Source: Patescibacteria group bacterium (GTDB taxonomy: Bacteria > Patescibacteriota > Minisyncoccia > Phycocordibacterales > EsbW-18). From it: 64,000 nucleotides of DNA. Positions 62,312-64,000 of the stretch are shown here, piece by piece. A program made the position numbers and the translations under genes. The notes under the pieces were generated by a model that was not told the DNA's origin, made no database searches, and saw only the letters and a list, made by a program, of their open reading frames with translations. The stretch spans positions 4,875-68,874 of the forward strand of contig JBBTUJ010000005.1 of NCBI GenBank assembly GCA_038063815.1, in the 5' to 3' direction. Each line of letters opens with the position of its first letter. The first letter of the stretch is position 1.

Positions 62312-62325
62312 CTTTCAATTTATTT

Positions 62326-63180
62326 TTACTGGTTCCGTTTCTTTCCAACACGTCGCCTCTCTGAAATGAGGTGGTCTGAGTATTTGTTGTGGCGGCGCGT
62401 CTTGTGTCCCTTTCCTGTGTTCTTTCCGTGTCGTGTTCGTGCGCGTCGGTGTCCACGTCCTTGTCGTCCTTCACCACCACCGTGTGGGTGATCAACTGGG
62501 TTCATCGCAGTACCACGCACCTTCGGACGGATTCCCATCCAACGTGAGCGTCCCGCTTTTCCAAGAACCTGCAAACGAAATTCAGGATTTGAGACCTCAC
62601 CAATTGATGCCCATGCGCCTTCAGGAACTCTTCGGATTTCTGTTGACGGCATTTTGAGAAGTGTGTACCCCCCGTCGTGCGCAACGACTTCCGCATAGTT
62701 TCCTGCCGAGCGGCTCAATTTTGCACCGCCATTTGATTTGAGTTCGATGTTGTAGACGAATGTACCAACAACAATCTTTGCGAGGGGCAATCGGTTGCCC
62801 GGAGTTACGGGAGCACTCTCGGATGTAAGAACTGTTGCGCCAACTTTGAGCGATTGCGGAGCGAGAATGTAGCGGCGCTCGCCATCTTTATACAAAAGAA
62901 GTGCAATGAATCCCGTGCGGTTCGGATCATATTCGATCGCTTCAACGCGCGCAGGAATATCTTTTTTGTTATACATGAAATCAACATCACGGAATCGGCG
63001 CTTGTGCCCTCCACCTGTTGAGCGCGTCGTCAAACGTCCGCGTGAGTTACGACCGACCGCAGGAGAAAATCCTTTGGTGAGTGCCTTGTGCGGCTTTCCA
63101 GACGTCGAGGTCAAAACACCGCGATACGTCACGGTAGACATTCCTCTTCGGCCTGCTGATGTTGGTTTGTGGTGCTTCAT
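62326..63180 (-). CDS. rplB: 50S ribosomal protein L2
   Basis: EYDPNRT, RSAG, MNPVDHPHGGGEG. Confidence 0.98.
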   Translation of the reverse strand: MKHHKPTSAGRRGMSTVTYRGVLTSTSGKPHKALTKGFSPAVGRNSRGRLTTRSTGGGHKRRFRDVDFMYNKKDIPARVEAIEYDPNRTGFIALLLYKDGERRYILAPQSLKVGATVLTSESAPVTPGNRLPLAKIVVGTFVYNIELKSNGGAKLSRSAGNYAEVVAHDGGYTLLKMPSTEIRRVPEGAWASIGEVSNPEFRLQVLGKAGRSRWMGIRPKVRGTAMNPVDHPHGGGEGRQGRGHRRARTRHGKNTGKGHKTRRHNKYSDHLISERRRVGKKRNQ

Positions 63181-63243
63181 GACAGTTTGTAAGTTTTTTA
63201 GTTTATTGGTTTTGAACTAAAGCGTAGCGTAACTAATAAACTA

Positions 63244-63708
63244 TTAAACTAATTCTATGGTTTCTCCTTTTTTCAACTGCACGTATGCTTTCTTGCCGCC
63301 CTGTTGTACTCCGGCGATACCACGACGATTCACCCGACGTTTTGCAGGAATCGTCACGACACGAATCGAAACGGGTGTGACATTGTAGACATCCTTAATC
63401 GCATTCGCAATCTGACGTTTTCCCGCAGCCGGCAATACATCAAATGTATACACGTTGTTTCCCGTGTGCATCGTGGCTTTCTCGGTGATACGCGGACGAC
63501 GAAGGATATTCGCGTTTGTTTTTCCTGTTCCGTGTCCTGCGGAAATCGTTTTTGCCTGTGCATTCTCCCCATCACCTGGTGTACGTGCAACATCAGCGGA
63601 TTTTGCATCGTGCGCTGCCTCGCGGTTTTCATCTTGTTTCGCACGACGAACAAACATCGATGTTTTCGCTTTTGCACTGTCTTTTGATTCTTTTCGTTTA
63701 AAAAGCAT
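63244..63708 (-). CDS. rplW: 50S ribosomal protein L23 with long N-terminal extension
   Basis: PRITEKA, KKAYVQL. Confidence 0.93.
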   Translation of the reverse strand: MLFKRKESKDSAKAKTSMFVRRAKQDENREAAHDAKSADVARTPGDGENAQAKTISAGHGTGKTNANILRRPRITEKATMHTGNNVYTFDVLPAAGKRQIANAIKDVYNVTPVSIRVVTIPAKRRVNRRGIAGVQQGGKKAYVQLKKGETIELV

Positions 63709-63773
63709 ATCAGTGAGTTATAAAGTTGAAGGTTATAAGGTTTATCAAGTTAGAAATAGATTGCGTATGAACT

Positions 63774-64000
63774 TTATGAACTTGACGGACCTGATGAACT
63801 TTTTACTTTTTCTTCAAGTGTCTTTACTGCCTCTTCTGGATTTTCGATTATGAGGTAGGTACTTGCGAGCACGTCAACAACGTTCACGTTTCGAACCTCT
63901 TCAACAGAGATGCTTCCGATGTTCTGGAAACTCTTCTTTGCGGCAACATTGTTGCCTGAGAGAAGGATGAGCGCTGCGTTCGTGTTCTTTGTTGTGAGTT
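63774..64000 (-). CDS. rplD: 50S ribosomal protein L4, C-terminal part
   Basis: Manual translation ...KSFQNIG...NVVDVLASTYLIIENPEEAVKTLEEKVKSSSGPSSS*; position upstream of rplW. Confidence 0.9.
   Translation of the reverse strand, partial: LTTKNTNAALILLSGNNVAAKKSFQNIGSISVEEVRNVNVVDVLASTYLIIENPEEAVKTLEEKVKSSSGPSSS

Overview
64-kb chromosomal segment of a reduced-genome bacterium, very probably Patescibacteria/CPR and Parcubacteria-like. That call is inferred from the stand-alone, insertion-bearing 16S rRNA, the lack of rpmD between rpsE and rplO, the paired TraD/TrwB-like ATPases and the short r-proteins. In order, the window holds: a ~17-kb surface-glycan locus; housekeeping genes (rsmI, alr, recG, ABC exporter, DEAD helicase, ftsH, infC-rpmI-rplT, smpB/tmRNA, a compact 6S-like RNA); and the S10-spc cluster through secY-adk-map. 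The most striking signal is at 25.9-29.4 kb, where a family of hairpin cassettes with shared ends (CC(A/C)GCAC-T(T)AACTTTG ... CAAAGTT(A)A-GTGC(T/G)GG) sits in stable-RNA transcription units. It occurs twice in the 16S rRNA, twice in the 16S leader (one copy brackets an antisense GIY-YIG nuclease gene) and twice in a degenerate tRNA-Leu(CAG). One of the tRNA copies carries a complete, different tRNA-Leu(CAG), i.e. a tRNA nested in its own isoacceptor. Translation also looks unusual: the 16S lacks the anti-Shine-Dalgarno, has a rewired decoding site (C1406-G1495, A1409-U1491), many genes look leaderless, a tRNA-Ile(UAU) is present, and short-period repeat hairpins fill the junctions of the translation operons. 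Everything was read by eye; no searches or folding computations were run.
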